Of a DNA stretch of 64,000 nt, positions 29,057-39,596 are shown in pieces. The notes under the pieces were generated by a model that was given only the letters and a program-made list of their open reading frames with translations, made no database searches and was not told the DNA's origin. The translations under genes were made by a program, and so were the position numbers. The DNA comes from Bulleidia sp. Its GTDB lineage: Bacteria; Bacteroidota; Bacteroidia; Bacteroidales; UBA932. Each line of letters begins with the position of its first letter. The stretch's first letter is position 1. The stretch lies in the NCBI GenBank assembly GCA_963623745.1, contig CAVFMX010000046.1, positions 201 through 64,200 on the forward strand, written 5' to 3'.

Positions 29057-30388
29057 CTACTTGAGTGAAAAACGCACTCCGAAAGTCAGGATGAAGTCCA
29101 GAGGACGTTCCTTGTAGATTGTCTGGACATCGGATCCGTCATCGAAATGGTAGCTGACGCCCGGTTCCACATAGAGTCCCGCATGGCCGGAAAGATTGAC
29201 CTGCAGACCGGCGGATGCGTTCAGCGACCAGAGCAACGGCTTGACATCAAGATTCTTCCTGGCATCGTCACCCTGTCTCTCTCCATAAAGCCTGTCAGTC
29301 GTGACGGACTTGCCGGACAGGCATTTTTCAGCCATGCCACCTCCGCTGAGATAGAGAGAGAACAGTTTCAAGCCATAGACCGAGGCCGAGACGTTCAACG
29401 GAACTCCCAAGTACCTCAATGTCTGTTCCGTTTGAGTGACAGTACCGCCAAGCTCATTGGAGAAGGTGCTGCGAAGGGTGGTATAGGCCAACCCTGTCTC
29501 CACGCTCAAATTCTTGCAGACAGGATAACTTGCTGTCAAGGCAAGTCTGACCGGACGCTTGTGATCGGAGCGGGAGACGGCGGTCGGAGCCTCGTCCCTG
29601 ACATTAGCCGTGGCAAGCGCCCTTGTCTGGAATCGGGGATCACCTACCGTAAAATCGCAACCATCCGTGATCAAGCCGTTGGACGACTCCGGGCCGGGAC
29701 CGTGATCGAACATCCTGAGATCATAGAGGTCCTCGTTGCTGAATCCCGCCGGGGCACCGGAGAACGACACGTCCAGAACAGCCGTCCCGCCCGCGGTCTT
29801 CCTGCCGTCATTGCTGGCGGAAAGATAGTCCGACCAGTCCTCATTCTCGTAGCCGGTGACTGACGGCAAGGCTTTTTTCGCAGGTTTTTCCGGCTCGGTC
29901 ACAACCACTTTCTCCTCAGTGTCCACAACCGAAGGCTCCGCATGAATCTGAGATTCACTGCTCTCGGAGTATGTGGCGGCCTCGCCCGGATTCCCGTTCC
30001 GTGCGGTTCCGGTCTGTACCGGACGCCTTGGCACACGGTTGTCCGCAAGCAGGACAGGCTCGCCGGAAGGCTCCACGACATCCGCAGAAGAATCAGGCCC
30101 CCCGTCTGAAATGACTGAAGAACGCTGACCGGAGGCCAGAATCCCCTGCTGACTGTCATGCGGCTCCACGCGGCCGGAGTCAAAGACACGAAGGCCGGCG
30201 AAAACGCCCAACGCGACCGCTGCGGCGGCGGCAGCGGCGGATCGCCACACCAAAGGCCGCAGGATCACCGCGTCCCTCCTCACCGGAGGGAGAGAAGACT
30301 CGATGTCTTCCCACAATCCGTCCGGAGATGGTTCCCCGTAGTCCTCCAACTTATCCCGCACGCTTTTCAGCCAATCATCATTTTCCAT
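29057..30388 (-). CDS. Anti-sigma factor with TM helix, disordered linker and C-terminal outer-membrane beta-barrel (Reo/Dma-like)
   Basis: DWLKSVRDKLEDY..PSPDGLWEDIE N-domain, one TM (AAAAAVALGVFAG), Pro/Ser/Glu-rich linker, barrel strands (LSVETGLAY, YLGVPL, LYVEPG, FGVRF). Overlaps the ECF sigma gene. Confidence 0.75.
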   Translation of the reverse strand: MENDDWLKSVRDKLEDYGEPSPDGLWEDIESSLPPVRRDAVILRPLVWRSAAAAAAAVALGVFAGLRVFDSGRVEPHDSQQGILASGQRSSVISDGGPDSSADVVEPSGEPVLLADNRVPRRPVQTGTARNGNPGEAATYSESSESQIHAEPSVVDTEEKVVVTEPEKPAKKALPSVTGYENEDWSDYLSASNDGRKTAGGTAVLDVSFSGAPAGFSNEDLYDLRMFDHGPGPESSNGLITDGCDFTVGDPRFQTRALATANVRDEAPTAVSRSDHKRPVRLALTASYPVCKNLSVETGLAYTTLRSTFSNELGGTVTQTEQTLRYLGVPLNVSASVYGLKLFSLYLSGGGMAEKCLSGKSVTTDRLYGERQGDDARKNLDVKPLLWSLNASAGLQVNLSGHAGLYVEPGVSYHFDDGSDVQTIYKERPLDFILTFGVRFSLK

Positions 30389-30953
30389 CGTGTAGTCTTT
30401 TATATTCATTAATCTGCCGTGCCAGAATGGCTCTCGCCCTGTGAAGCTGCGAAGCCGATGTACTTTCCGTGATTCCGAGCAGACCGGAGATCTCCTTGTG
30501 GCTCCTCTCCTCGAAGACATAGAGGTTAAGCACTGTCCTGTAGCCCTCCGGCAGCGCCCGGATCATCTTCTGGATCACATCCGGAGGGATGGTTCCGACA
30601 TAAGGATCATCATTGTCCTCCTCCACGTCCGGCAGATCCCATTTGTACTCGACGGTGTCCGTCCTCTTACGCTTGCGGAGCAGCTTCAAGGCCTCGTTGA
30701 CGGAGATCTGGCGCATCCATGCCTTCAGGGAACCCTCACCTCTGTAGTCGAACCTGCCGATGGACGAGAAGATCTTCACGAAACTGTCCTGAAGGACATC
30801 CCGCAGATCGCCGCTGTCGGACAGATAACGGGAACAGGTGGCCGCAAGATACCTTGAGTAGCAGTCGTAGATCTGCCGCATCGCGGTCCGGTCACCATTC
30901 CTTGCCTGTTCGACAAGAGTCTTTTCCGTGTCTCCCGGCAGTGTCCCCATCAA
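30378..30953 (-). CDS. ECF sigma factor
   Basis: DVLQDSFVKIF, AWMRQISVN, LPEGYRTVLNL and SASQLHRA. Confidence 0.92.
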   Translation of the reverse strand: MMGTLPGDTEKTLVEQARNGDRTAMRQIYDCYSRYLAATCSRYLSDSGDLRDVLQDSFVKIFSSIGRFDYRGEGSLKAWMRQISVNEALKLLRKRKRTDTVEYKWDLPDVEEDNDDPYVGTIPPDVIQKMIRALPEGYRTVLNLYVFEERSHKEISGLLGITESTSASQLHRARAILARQINEYKRLHDGK

Positions 30954-31643
30954 TCATTTATTCTGAAGGGCGAATCTGGAGCTGTACTTGACCTTGGCGG
31001 ATTGATCCCCGTCGCCGTCTTTCCAGTGCAATGTCAGTTCCTGTCCGTCCTTGACATCCCCAAGCAGGTCATCAATCTTGAAGGCGATGACTCCGTTGCC
31101 CAAAGCGACATTGCTGTTGTCACCGTTGTTGTCATGCCTGAGATACAGGTCATGAGTCTCAGGGTCAACAGCCAGATCCAGATAATGGATGATCTTACCG
31201 TCCCTCCCGAACCATGCGATGAAGTGAATGGTGAGATAGCCATCCTCGCAGCAGGTGATCCAATCATTGCACAAGGAGACCGCGACACTGTTTCCCTTCT
31301 TGAACTCGTCATCGTAGGCCACGGCACTCTTCGTGCGCACCGAGTCGATCCACTCGACCTTCACCTTCTTGGAGAAGATGTCGCTGGCATCCGAGAGCTC
31401 CGAGTACCTTAACAGCGCCCTGACCTCGCGCTTGTAGGGATTGGTCCATCCCTGAGGCTCAAGGGTCGTCTTCTCATCCACCTGAAAATAGTTCGCGCCG
31501 GAATCGGTCGTCTTTATGGTGACAAGGGCGTTGGGTCCCCAATAGACATTAGTGTCGTCATCGAGTTTCGAGCAGGATGACAACGATGCGGTCATGGCAG
31601 CCGCAGCTGCGGCGATGACCAGAATGATTCTGAAATTTTTCAT
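30954..31643 (-). CDS. NigD-like lipoprotein
   Basis: Lipobox LSSC, PNALVTIK, IDSVRTK, EDGYLTIHF and LRHDNNGD. Confidence 0.72.
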   Translation of the reverse strand: MKNFRIILVIAAAAAAMTASLSSCSKLDDDTNVYWGPNALVTIKTTDSGANYFQVDEKTTLEPQGWTNPYKREVRALLRYSELSDASDIFSKKVKVEWIDSVRTKSAVAYDDEFKKGNSVAVSLCNDWITCCEDGYLTIHFIAWFGRDGKIIHYLDLAVDPETHDLYLRHDNNGDNSNVALGNGVIAFKIDDLLGDVKDGQELTLHWKDGDGDQSAKVKYSSRFALQNK

Positions 31644-31773
31644 TTGTTCAATATATTTTAATGTTCATTTCCAACCAACCAAATCCTTTACCCGGAAATT
31701 CTTGCGTAAAAATGCGAAAAAAAATTTAACTTGCGCCCTGTTTTTGGAAGACGAGACAAACGGACTTGACGCG

Positions 31774-33273
31774 ATGAAGAGGATCACCCTGTACAGAGTG
31801 GGAATCTCCTTGATTCCTATTCTCATCCTAATTCTGCTTTTAGCACTGAACATCAGCATCTTCGGCAGCGATGCGATCCTCGGTGCCAGCCAGGTTGCAC
31901 TGCTTTTCTCCGCCGGAGTGGCGATGTGGCTGGCGATGTGGCTGTTCAAGGTGCCCTGGCAGGATTTCGAGGACGCGGTCAAAAGCAACATCGGGGATGT
32001 CACCACGGCGATCGTGATCCTGTTCCTGATCGGAGCGATCTCCGGAACCTGGACGATGAGCGGCATCGTGCCGACATTCATCTACTACGGGGTCAAGGTC
32101 ATCAGCCCGAAAATCTTCCTGCTGACCGCCTGCGTGATCTGCGCCCTGGTCTCCGTCATGACAGGCAGCTCGTGGACCACCATAGCTACAATCGGGGTCG
32201 CGCTTCTGGGAATAGGCAAGGCGGAGGGATTCAGCGACGGGATGATTGCAGGAGCGATCATCTCGGGAGCGTATTTCGGAGACAAGATCTCTCCCCTGTC
32301 CGACACCACGGTGCTGGCGTCCTCGATGAGCAGGGTGCCGATGTTCACGCACATCCGCTACCTGATGTACACGACCGTGCCGTCCCTCGTGATAACCCTG
32401 ACCATATTCCTTGTCCTCGGCCTTTCGCACACCGGTGACGACGCGGCGTTGATTGATGAATATACCGGCGTGCTGGGCGCCAAGTTCAACATCACCCCGT
32501 GGCTGATGGTTGTCCCCGCCCTTACGGCGATAATGATAGTCCGCAAGATGCCGGCGCTCATCGTCCTCGCCCTGTCAACCGCGCTGGCAGCTGCGGCGGC
32601 CCTGGTCTTCCAACCGGACATCATCAGGGAGATCGGCGAGAGTGTCTCCGGTTCAGGGACTCCGGCCAAGATCCTGTTCACCGGCACGATCGAGACCATC
32701 TACAACTCCGTCTCCGTCGAGACCGGCAACCCTGAGGTCAACCAGCTTGTGGCGTCGAAAGGGATGCTCGGAATGCTGAACACCGTCTATCTCATCATCT
32801 GCGCGATGTGCTTCGGGGCTGCCATGAACGCAAGCGGAATGCTGCGCCATCTGGCCTCGATGCTCCTGCCGATGACCAGACGCAGGGTAAGCCTCGTGAC
32901 CTCGACTGTGGCGACCGGAACCGCACTGAACGGCATCGTGTCCGACCAGTATCTGGCCATCATCTTGACTTCCAGCCTGTTCAAGGACATCTACGAGAGA
33001 GGAGGCTACGAGAACAGGCTCCTGAGCCGCGCAGTGGAAGACTCCGCGACAGTCACCTCTCCCCTCTACCCGTGGAGCAGCTGCGGAATGACCCAGGCGA
33101 CAATCCTGAGCGTACCGACCCTGACCTACCTGCCCTATTGCTTCTTCAATCTGATAAGCCCGCTGATGAGCGTGGCCGTCGCAGTGACAGGATTCAGAAT
33201 ATTCAGAAAGGTCACTTCCGGTTCTTCAGAAGATCCCGGATCTCCTCAAGCAGAACCACATCATCAGGTTTAG
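31774..33273 (+). CDS. nhaC: Na+/H+ antiporter NhaC family transporter
   Basis: [34 protein letters not shown] and PWSSCG. Confidence 0.88.
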   Translation: MKRITLYRVGISLIPILILILLLALNISIFGSDAILGASQVALLFSAGVAMWLAMWLFKVPWQDFEDAVKSNIGDVTTAIVILFLIGAISGTWTMSGIVPTFIYYGVKVISPKIFLLTACVICALVSVMTGSSWTTIATIGVALLGIGKAEGFSDGMIAGAIISGAYFGDKISPLSDTTVLASSMSRVPMFTHIRYLMYTTVPSLVITLTIFLVLGLSHTGDDAALIDEYTGVLGAKFNITPWLMVVPALTAIMIVRKMPALIVLALSTALAAAAALVFQPDIIREIGESVSGSGTPAKILFTGTIETIYNSVSVETGNPEVNQLVASKGMLGMLNTVYLIICAMCFGAAMNASGMLRHLASMLLPMTRRRVSLVTSTVATGTALNGIVSDQYLAIILTSSLFKDIYERGGYENRLLSRAVEDSATVTSPLYPWSSCGMTQATILSVPTLTYLPYCFFNLISPLMSVAVAVTGFRIFRKVTSGSSEDPGSPQAEPHHQV

Positions 33274-33649
33274 GTGCCGGTGCCGCAGGGGCCGGAACTT
33301 CTTCCTTCTTCTTTCTCTGCAACTTCGCAAGTCCCTTGATGGCCAGGAATATGCTGAACGCGATGATGAGGAAGTTCACGGTCTCCTGAATGAAGTTGCC
33401 GTAGTTCAGCGTGACCGCCGGCTTCACGACCTCGGATCCGTCCATCACTGCCTTGTGGAGAACAAGTTTAAGGTCGGTGAAATCAAAGCCGCCGATCAGC
33501 ACACCGACGCTCGGCATGATGACATCGTTGACCAGAGAGGTGACGATCTTGCCGAAAGCGCCGCCGACAACAACACCGACAGCCAGATCCACCACATTGC
33601 CCTTCATCGCAAAGTCCTTGAACTCGGACCAGAATTTACTTTTCGTCAT
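33212..33649 (-). CDS. mscL: Large-conductance mechanosensitive channel
   Basis: [28 protein letters not shown] and LLEEIRDLL. Confidence 0.97.
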   Translation of the reverse strand: MTKSKFWSEFKDFAMKGNVVDLAVGVVVGGAFGKIVTSLVNDVIMPSVGVLIGGFDFTDLKLVLHKAVMDGSEVVKPAVTLNYGNFIQETVNFLIIAFSIFLAIKGLAKLQRKKKEEVPAPAAPAPKPDDVVLLEEIRDLLKNRK

Positions 33650-33657
33650 AATATGAA

Positions 33658-34404
33658 TCAGTTGTTTTTAAGTGTGTTTCTTACAAATTCCTCCGCCTCG
33701 GAGAGAGTCTCGATCTTCCCTACGTCAATCAGGCGCAGTTCCGGAGGCACGATCCCATGGACCGGATGCCTGTCACATTCCCGGACGTAAAAGTCCGTTA
33801 TGGAGAAGCGGTCGCCCCAGCCATCATCCTCAAAGGCTTTGAATATGCCGTCAGAGATGCAGTGGACACCGGCGAAGGCATATTTCCGGAACCTTGCCGG
33901 ATCGATGTCCCCGTAAGGGCTTCTGACCTCCCCCGTAGCGAGATTCGTCCAGCCTACCAGCCTCATGTCATCGTCGAAGAGGAAATACCTCTGCGTCTTC
34001 CGGTCGCTGACAAGGATGTTTGAAAGAGCGTCAGGTCTGGCCTGCGAGATGAACCATGACACATCGAGATCGGAGAGGATGTCAACATTGTGGACCAGAA
34101 ACGGGCCGCCTTCCAGCAGCGGACGGGCGAACCTGATCCCTCCGCCTGTCTCACGCAGAAGATCCCTCTCGTCGGAGAAGCGTACATTGACGCCGAAATC
34201 ATTCTGCTCATGCGTGTAGCCGATGATCGAGTCGGCGAAATGGTGGACGTTTATCACGAAGTCCGAGATTCCAGCCGCCTTGAGCTTTGACACGACATGG
34301 TACAGGAGAGGCTTCCCGGCGACCGGCACAAGAGCCTTGGGCAAAGTGTCCGTGATCGGCCTGAGCCTCGTCCCGAGACCGGCCGCGAAAATCATCGCTT
34401 TCAT
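33658..34404 (-). CDS. murU: MurU-like sugar-1-phosphate nucleotidyltransferase
   Basis: [33 protein letters not shown] and DVGK. Adjacent to an amgK-like gene. Confidence 0.75.
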   Translation of the reverse strand: MKAMIFAAGLGTRLRPITDTLPKALVPVAGKPLLYHVVSKLKAAGISDFVINVHHFADSIIGYTHEQNDFGVNVRFSDERDLLRETGGGIRFARPLLEGGPFLVHNVDILSDLDVSWFISQARPDALSNILVSDRKTQRYFLFDDDMRLVGWTNLATGEVRSPYGDIDPARFRKYAFAGVHCISDGIFKAFEDDGWGDRFSITDFYVRECDRHPVHGIVPPELRLIDVGKIETLSEAEEFVRNTLKNN

Positions 34405-35820
34405 CTACAGGATCTTCTCCATGTCAAGTTCCCTGTGGGAAACCGTGATCTTGATGTCGAACCTGTCCGCCAGATGCTGGGCGAGGTGTTCCGCACAGTA
34501 AACCGAACGATGCTGTCCGCCGGTGCAGCCGAAGCAGACCTGGAGGTGGGTGAACTTCCTCTCCATGAAGCATTTGACATGACCGTCAACAAGATCGTAA
34601 ACATTGTCCAGGAACTTCGCCACACCGCCGTCGTCCTCAAGGAACTTGATGACTTCCTTGTCCAGACCTGTGAACTGGCGGTAATGCTCGTACTTGCCCG
34701 GGTTGTTGATCGCCCGGCAGTCAAAGACGTAGCCGCCGCCGTTGCCGGTCGTGTCAACAGGGATCCCCTTCTTGTAGGCAAAGCTGAACACTCTTACTTC
34801 CAGACGTTTGTCCTCAGCGATGTTGTTGAACTGGGACATCGTTGTGAGTTTGGTGAGAATCCCGTTCAGGTAAGGATAGTCCTCGAACGGTTTCTGGAGG
34901 AGGCGCCGCAGGTTGCCCAAGGCGTAAGGGACGCTTGCGAGAAAATGCGGTTTCTTCTCGAAATAACCCCGGAAACCGTAAGCTCCCAGAACCTGCAGGG
35001 TCCGGAACAGGACGAACAGGCGGAGCCTCTCGTTGAAATGCTCCTCGTTGACCGAGGTATAGCCCTTCAATGCCCTTAAATAGGTCCGGATCATCTCCTT
35101 GCGGAGGTTCTCGGGATAGCGGGACCTGGCCTGCCAGATGAACGAGGCGACATCGTAGTAGATGGGGCCTCTGCGACCGCCTTGAAAGTCTATGAAGTAC
35201 GGTTCTCCGTCCTTCATCATCACATTCCGGGCCTGGAAATCTCTGTACATGAACGTGTCGCCCATGTCCTGCATCAGATCGGCCTTCAGCCTCTCGAAAT
35301 CGTCCTGAAGCATCACCTCGTTGAACTCCAGACCGGTCGCCTTCAGGAAGCAGTACTTGAAATAGTTCAGGTCAAAGAGGATCATCCGCTCGTTGAACTC
35401 CGGCTCCGGATAGCAGACCGACCAGTCCAGTCCCTCGGCTCCCTTGAACTGCATTTTCGGGAGCATCTCCATCGCGCGGCACAGAAGCCGGCACTCACCG
35501 TAGCTGTACTCTCCGCTCTCGCGTCCCCGGGTGACCACCTTGTAGAGCTGGTCATCACCGAGATCCTCCTGAATGTAGCGCATCCCGTCCTCACTGACGG
35601 CGAACACCTTGGGGACCTTTATGCCCTTACCGAGAAAATGCGAACTGAGGCTGATGAAGGCGTTGTTCTCCTCGCGGCTTGTTCCGATGACCCCTATGAT
35701 GGAGACATCCCCGCCCTTAAGCCGGAAATACCTCCTGTTGCTTCCGGAAGAGTTCAGTTCCTCCGACTCCCCGACCTTCCGGCCGGTGTAACTTTCAAAT
35801 AAAGAATGAAGATTGTCCAT
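34405..35820 (-). CDS. AmgK-like aminosugar kinase (APH fold) fused to a RapZ C-terminal domain
   Basis: GSNRRYFR, YRDFQARN, IDFQG, RTLQVLG, then SFAYKKGIP..VFDCR..NP and GCTGGQHRSV. Confidence 0.85.
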   Translation of the reverse strand: MDNLHSLFESYTGRKVGESEELNSSGSNRRYFRLKGGDVSIIGVIGTSREENNAFISLSSHFLGKGIKVPKVFAVSEDGMRYIQEDLGDDQLYKVVTRGRESGEYSYGECRLLCRAMEMLPKMQFKGAEGLDWSVCYPEPEFNERMILFDLNYFKYCFLKATGLEFNEVMLQDDFERLKADLMQDMGDTFMYRDFQARNVMMKDGEPYFIDFQGGRRGPIYYDVASFIWQARSRYPENLRKEMIRTYLRALKGYTSVNEEHFNERLRLFVLFRTLQVLGAYGFRGYFEKKPHFLASVPYALGNLRRLLQKPFEDYPYLNGILTKLTTMSQFNNIAEDKRLEVRVFSFAYKKGIPVDTTGNGGGYVFDCRAINNPGKYEHYRQFTGLDKEVIKFLEDDGGVAKFLDNVYDLVDGHVKCFMERKFTHLQVCFGCTGGQHRSVYCAEHLAQHLADRFDIKITVSHRELDMEKIL

Positions 35821-35826
35821 TGACAG

Positions 35827-37119
35827 TTAATTATACAACCAATACTTCCGGGAAAGGTTTCTGAACGCCTCTACATCCTTTGACCAATAGTCTGCGATGT
35901 CCTCAACCTTGAGACGCCTTGCGAATGCCTTCCTCACATAATCCGTACCGCAGACCTTGTCGAACATGCTGTCGCGTCCGCCGGAAAGGGCGAACGGATT
36001 CCTGTCCGGATAAAGCTCGTTCACCGCCTGCATCACGTAGAACTGGGTGAGAGTGCAGCAGGCGGCCTCATAGTCAGTGTAGTGGAACTGGACTCCGTGT
36101 ATGAGCTTTCCCTTGAGGCTGCCCGAGAACGGCTTGAAGTGTATTGTCCTGAACGCCACACCGGGGAGTTCGTAGCTGTCCAGACGGTCCTTCAAAGCAT
36201 CGGCGTCGATCCACTCCGCAGCGAAGACCTCGAACGGAAGGGTGTAGCCGATGCCTATGTTGAGGTACCCCTGGAACTCGCCGGCGATGCCGGAGGACGG
36301 ATAGTTAACGGCGGACTGAGGGTAAGGGATGTTCGGGGACGGAAGAACCCAAGGAAGATCCGTGTCCGGATAGAGCATATTCCTGTGCCACCCCTCCATC
36401 GGGATGACGGAAAGCCTGCATTTGAGCGGTGCCTCATTCCCTTTCTCCCCGCAGTTCAGGCCTTCCTCGTTCAGAAGGATGGCAAGCTCGCCGACCGTGA
36501 GACCATAGATGTAAGGGATCTTGAACTCGCTGACGAAAGAATGGAATCCGGGCTCCACGAGACATCCCTCCACCTTGTTGCCGCCCAACGGATCAGGTCT
36601 GTCGAGAACCATCACCTCTATGTCGTTCTCGGCGCAGGCCCTCATCACAAGGCCGAGGGTGCTGATGAACGTGTAGGAGCGGCTCCCGACATCCTGGATG
36701 TCATAGACGACAATGTCCAGACCCTCCAGCATCTCCTTGCTCGGCTTGCGGTTGGCTCCATAGACGGAATAGACCGGGATGCCGGTCTTCGCATCCTTGA
36801 AATCCTCCACGTGAGAACCGGCGTAGGCATCGCCGCGGACTCCGTGCTCGGGAGCGAAAAGCGCCTTGAGGTTCACCCCGGGAGCCTCATGAAGGATGTC
36901 TATGGTGGAGCGGAGGTTGTGATCCACTCCGCTCGGATTGGTCACAAGTCCGACATTCTTGCCCACAAGCCCCTCGAAGCCACGGCTTTCAAGGACTTCG
37001 ATCCCGGTGCGTACAGTCTGTCTCCCGGCGGCGGTGGCAGCGGATGAGGCGATGGCCGCGGCGGCGAACAGGACAAAGAATGTTCTTCTGGCAGGGTTCA
37101 TATATTCATTGATTGTCAT
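35827..37119 (-). CDS. namZ: Exo-beta-N-acetylmuramidase NamZ (DUF1343, GH171)
   Basis: LFAPEHG, YDIQDVGSRSYTF, LDRPDP, TVGELA and PSPNIP. Signal peptide. Confidence 0.88.
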   Translation of the reverse strand: MTINEYMNPARRTFFVLFAAAAIASSAATAAGRQTVRTGIEVLESRGFEGLVGKNVGLVTNPSGVDHNLRSTIDILHEAPGVNLKALFAPEHGVRGDAYAGSHVEDFKDAKTGIPVYSVYGANRKPSKEMLEGLDIVVYDIQDVGSRSYTFISTLGLVMRACAENDIEVMVLDRPDPLGGNKVEGCLVEPGFHSFVSEFKIPYIYGLTVGELAILLNEEGLNCGEKGNEAPLKCRLSVIPMEGWHRNMLYPDTDLPWVLPSPNIPYPQSAVNYPSSGIAGEFQGYLNIGIGYTLPFEVFAAEWIDADALKDRLDSYELPGVAFRTIHFKPFSGSLKGKLIHGVQFHYTDYEAACCTLTQFYVMQAVNELYPDRNPFALSGGRDSMFDKVCGTDYVRKAFARRLKVEDIADYWSKDVEAFRNLSRKYWLYN

Positions 37120-38441
37120 TTCTTGCCATATTCAGGATCGATCCTGCGGTCCGCGAGGAAGGTGACGGCGACGGTCGCTATGCAGCAGACAATCACCAGC
37201 CAGAAGAAGCCCCTGTAGCCGAGGGATTCCTGCAGGAAACCGGCGAACATTCCCGGGATCATCATGCTCAGAGCCATGAAGCAGGTGCAGAAAGCGTAAT
37301 GGGATGTCTTGAACTCCCCCTCGGAGAAGTACATCATGTAGAGCATGTAGGCGGTGAATCCGAAGCCGTAGCCGAACTGCTCGACGGCGATGCAGGTGCA
37401 GATGACGGCAAAGCTTTCAGGCTGCACCACAGCGAGATAGACGAACGACAGGCAAGGCAGTGTCATGAAAGCGGCCATGATCCAGATGGATTTCCTAAGG
37501 CCTATGCGGGAAGCGAGAAGCCCCCCGAGAATGCCGCCCAGAAGCAGGAATATCACACCGAGCGTCCCGTAGGCGACACCCACCTCCGCAGTCTGCATCC
37601 CAAGTCCGCCGGCATCTCTGGCCGCCACGAGGAACGGGGTGCACATCTTGATGAGGAGAGCCTCCGGAAGACGGTAGCAAAGCATGAATATGATCGCGAG
37701 CCAGACTCCCGGTTTCTTGAAGTAGGTCGTGACGGTGCGTCCGAAGCCGGCGAAAATCTCGGACACCGTGCCGACGGATCCTTCCTGCATGTTAGGCGCA
37801 TCGGACTCCGGCTTCGGGATCGCGAAGGTGTGGTAGAGCGTCAGGACCGTGAGCAGCACTCCGGAGCCGCCGATGGTCAGCTGCCAGGCCAGCGGAATGT
37901 TCCCGATCCTGGTCTCAAGCAGTCCGGCCACGGCCACGATCACACCGTTGCCGAACACGTTGGCAAGCCTGTAGAACGTGCTGCGGACTCCCACGAAGGC
38001 CGCCTGACTGCTCTGGCTCTGTGCCAGCATGTAGAAGCCGTCCGCAGCGATGTCGTGGGTCGCCGAGGCAAACGCAGCGAACACGAAGAGGATGAGCGTG
38101 AAAGAGAACAGGCTCATCGGCGTGCTTCCGGCTGCGATCGCCTCAGCGGACGGATGAGGCATCGTGAGAGCCTGGAGGACAAAGGCGACGGACATGATGA
38201 CCTGCATCGTGATGATCCACCACCTTTTCGTCCTGATGATGTCCACGAACGGGCTCCAGAGGAACTTGAGCGTCCACGGAAGGTAAAGCAGCGAGGTGAA
38301 AAGCGCCATCTGTCCGTTCGGCACGCCCATCTTGGCGAACATCAGGACGGAGACATTGTTGACCAGAAAATACGGAATGCCCTCCACAAAGTAGAGGGTC
38401 GGAATCCACATCCAAGGATTGCGTTCAGTGAAATTACCCAT
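37116..38441 (-). CDS. ampG: AmpG-family MFS muropeptide permease
   Basis: TLYFVEGIPY, PWTLKFLWSPFVD, SATHDIAADG and about 12 TMs. Confidence 0.85.
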   Translation of the reverse strand: MGNFTERNPWMWIPTLYFVEGIPYFLVNNVSVLMFAKMGVPNGQMALFTSLLYLPWTLKFLWSPFVDIIRTKRWWIITMQVIMSVAFVLQALTMPHPSAEAIAAGSTPMSLFSFTLILFVFAAFASATHDIAADGFYMLAQSQSSQAAFVGVRSTFYRLANVFGNGVIVAVAGLLETRIGNIPLAWQLTIGGSGVLLTVLTLYHTFAIPKPESDAPNMQEGSVGTVSEIFAGFGRTVTTYFKKPGVWLAIIFMLCYRLPEALLIKMCTPFLVAARDAGGLGMQTAEVGVAYGTLGVIFLLLGGILGGLLASRIGLRKSIWIMAAFMTLPCLSFVYLAVVQPESFAVICTCIAVEQFGYGFGFTAYMLYMMYFSEGEFKTSHYAFCTCFMALSMMIPGMFAGFLQESLGYRGFFWLVIVCCIATVAVTFLADRRIDPEYGKK

Positions 38442-38619
38442 TATGTGTCGGATCTTTGATTGACGGTATTCTTCTTAATTCTGTAAAGTTATACATTTTT
38501 CCCGAATACTCCATAAGGGTTCCATGAACAAAATCCCCCTCCATGCCAATGTCAACCATGTCCGGCACACTTCTGTCAGACAATGTCAGCGGTGTCAGGA
38601 CACCCCGGCGGCCTGACAA

Positions 38620-39534
38620 TCACTCTATCTCAGCGTCAATCATTATCGGATGATGGTCAGATCCCCACTTGAGCGTCATCAGTTCCGAGTCCTCGCAACG
38701 ATAGGTGCCTACCTTTATCCTTTTGCTGACGAATATGTAGTCAAGGCGCCAGCCATAACTCCGGTCCGTGTTGAAGCCGTGGTACGTGTTCTCCCTGCCC
38801 ACAATGTCCGTCGCCACAGCTCTGGAGTCGGACATCCCGCAGCTTTCTATGTAAAGGATTCCGGAACGGTCCGGAGTGGAGTTGAAATCACCCGTGTAGA
38901 ACATCGGCAGGCCTTCCGTGTTGATCTCTCCGGACTTCCGGACAAGCATCTTCACCTCTTCCATGTGGGCGGAAGGATTGTCATCAGGATGATGGACATG
39001 GGTGTTGAACACATAGAATTCCACACCGGTGGAGATCTCCTTGAAAAGACCCCATGTACAGGCGCGGGAATAGGTGGCGTCCCACGCCCATGTGTTAGGC
39101 GTGTCCGGAGTAAGCGAGTACCAGAACTGTCCGTCCTTCACGACCTCGAAACGGGATTTCAGGTAGAATATCGCGTCATTTTCATTCTTCAAGGCGTTTG
39201 TCTTGCCGGCTATGTCAAGACCGATCCTTCCATATTCCCCGCTTTTAAGGATTGAGTTGACCTGCCATGTCAGAGCCTCCTGACTGCCGACAATGTCAAT
39301 GTTGTAGTCCTCCATCATGCCGGTGATGACCTTCACCCTGTTGACCCATCTCCGGTTCGCATCAGCCGGAGTGGTCTTCTCGAAAAGCATGTTGTACGAA
39401 CAGATGCGTATCTTGTTCCCTGTCAGAGCCTCCGCCTTCTCGGAAGAAGACCCGGAGCCGCTTCCTCCCTCGTCTTTGGCGCAGGCGAAAAAGCCGAACA
39501 TGAGGGACAACGCCATGATCACTACTTTTTTCAT
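38620..39534 (-). CDS. Endonuclease/exonuclease/phosphatase (EEP) family lipoprotein
   Basis: Lipobox FFAC. SYN, GSQE, NTH, GDFN, LDYIF and SDHHP motifs are all intact. Confidence 0.88.
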   Translation of the reverse strand: MKKVVIMALSLMFGFFACAKDEGGSGSGSSSEKAEALTGNKIRICSYNMLFEKTTPADANRRWVNRVKVITGMMEDYNIDIVGSQEALTWQVNSILKSGEYGRIGLDIAGKTNALKNENDAIFYLKSRFEVVKDGQFWYSLTPDTPNTWAWDATYSRACTWGLFKEISTGVEFYVFNTHVHHPDDNPSAHMEEVKMLVRKSGEINTEGLPMFYTGDFNSTPDRSGILYIESCGMSDSRAVATDIVGRENTYHGFNTDRSYGWRLDYIFVSKRIKVGTYRCEDSELMTLKWGSDHHPIMIDAEIE

Positions 39535-39541
39535 GTCATAG

Positions 39542-39579
39542 AAAAAAACTCCCTGCCGTCGTCAGAGGACGGCAAGGAG
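39542..39579 (-). terminator. Intrinsic terminator inside the PUL, just before the EEP gene
   Basis: Minus strand CTCCTTGCCGTC-7nt-GACGGCAGGGAG-TTTTTTT. Confidence 0.75.
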
Positions 39580-39596
39580 AACCATTCAACCATTCA

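Noticed and set aside
38434..38619. 61-aa ORF between the EEP gene and ampG
   Set aside because: Non-ATG start and no motifs. The region looks like the ampG promoter/leader.
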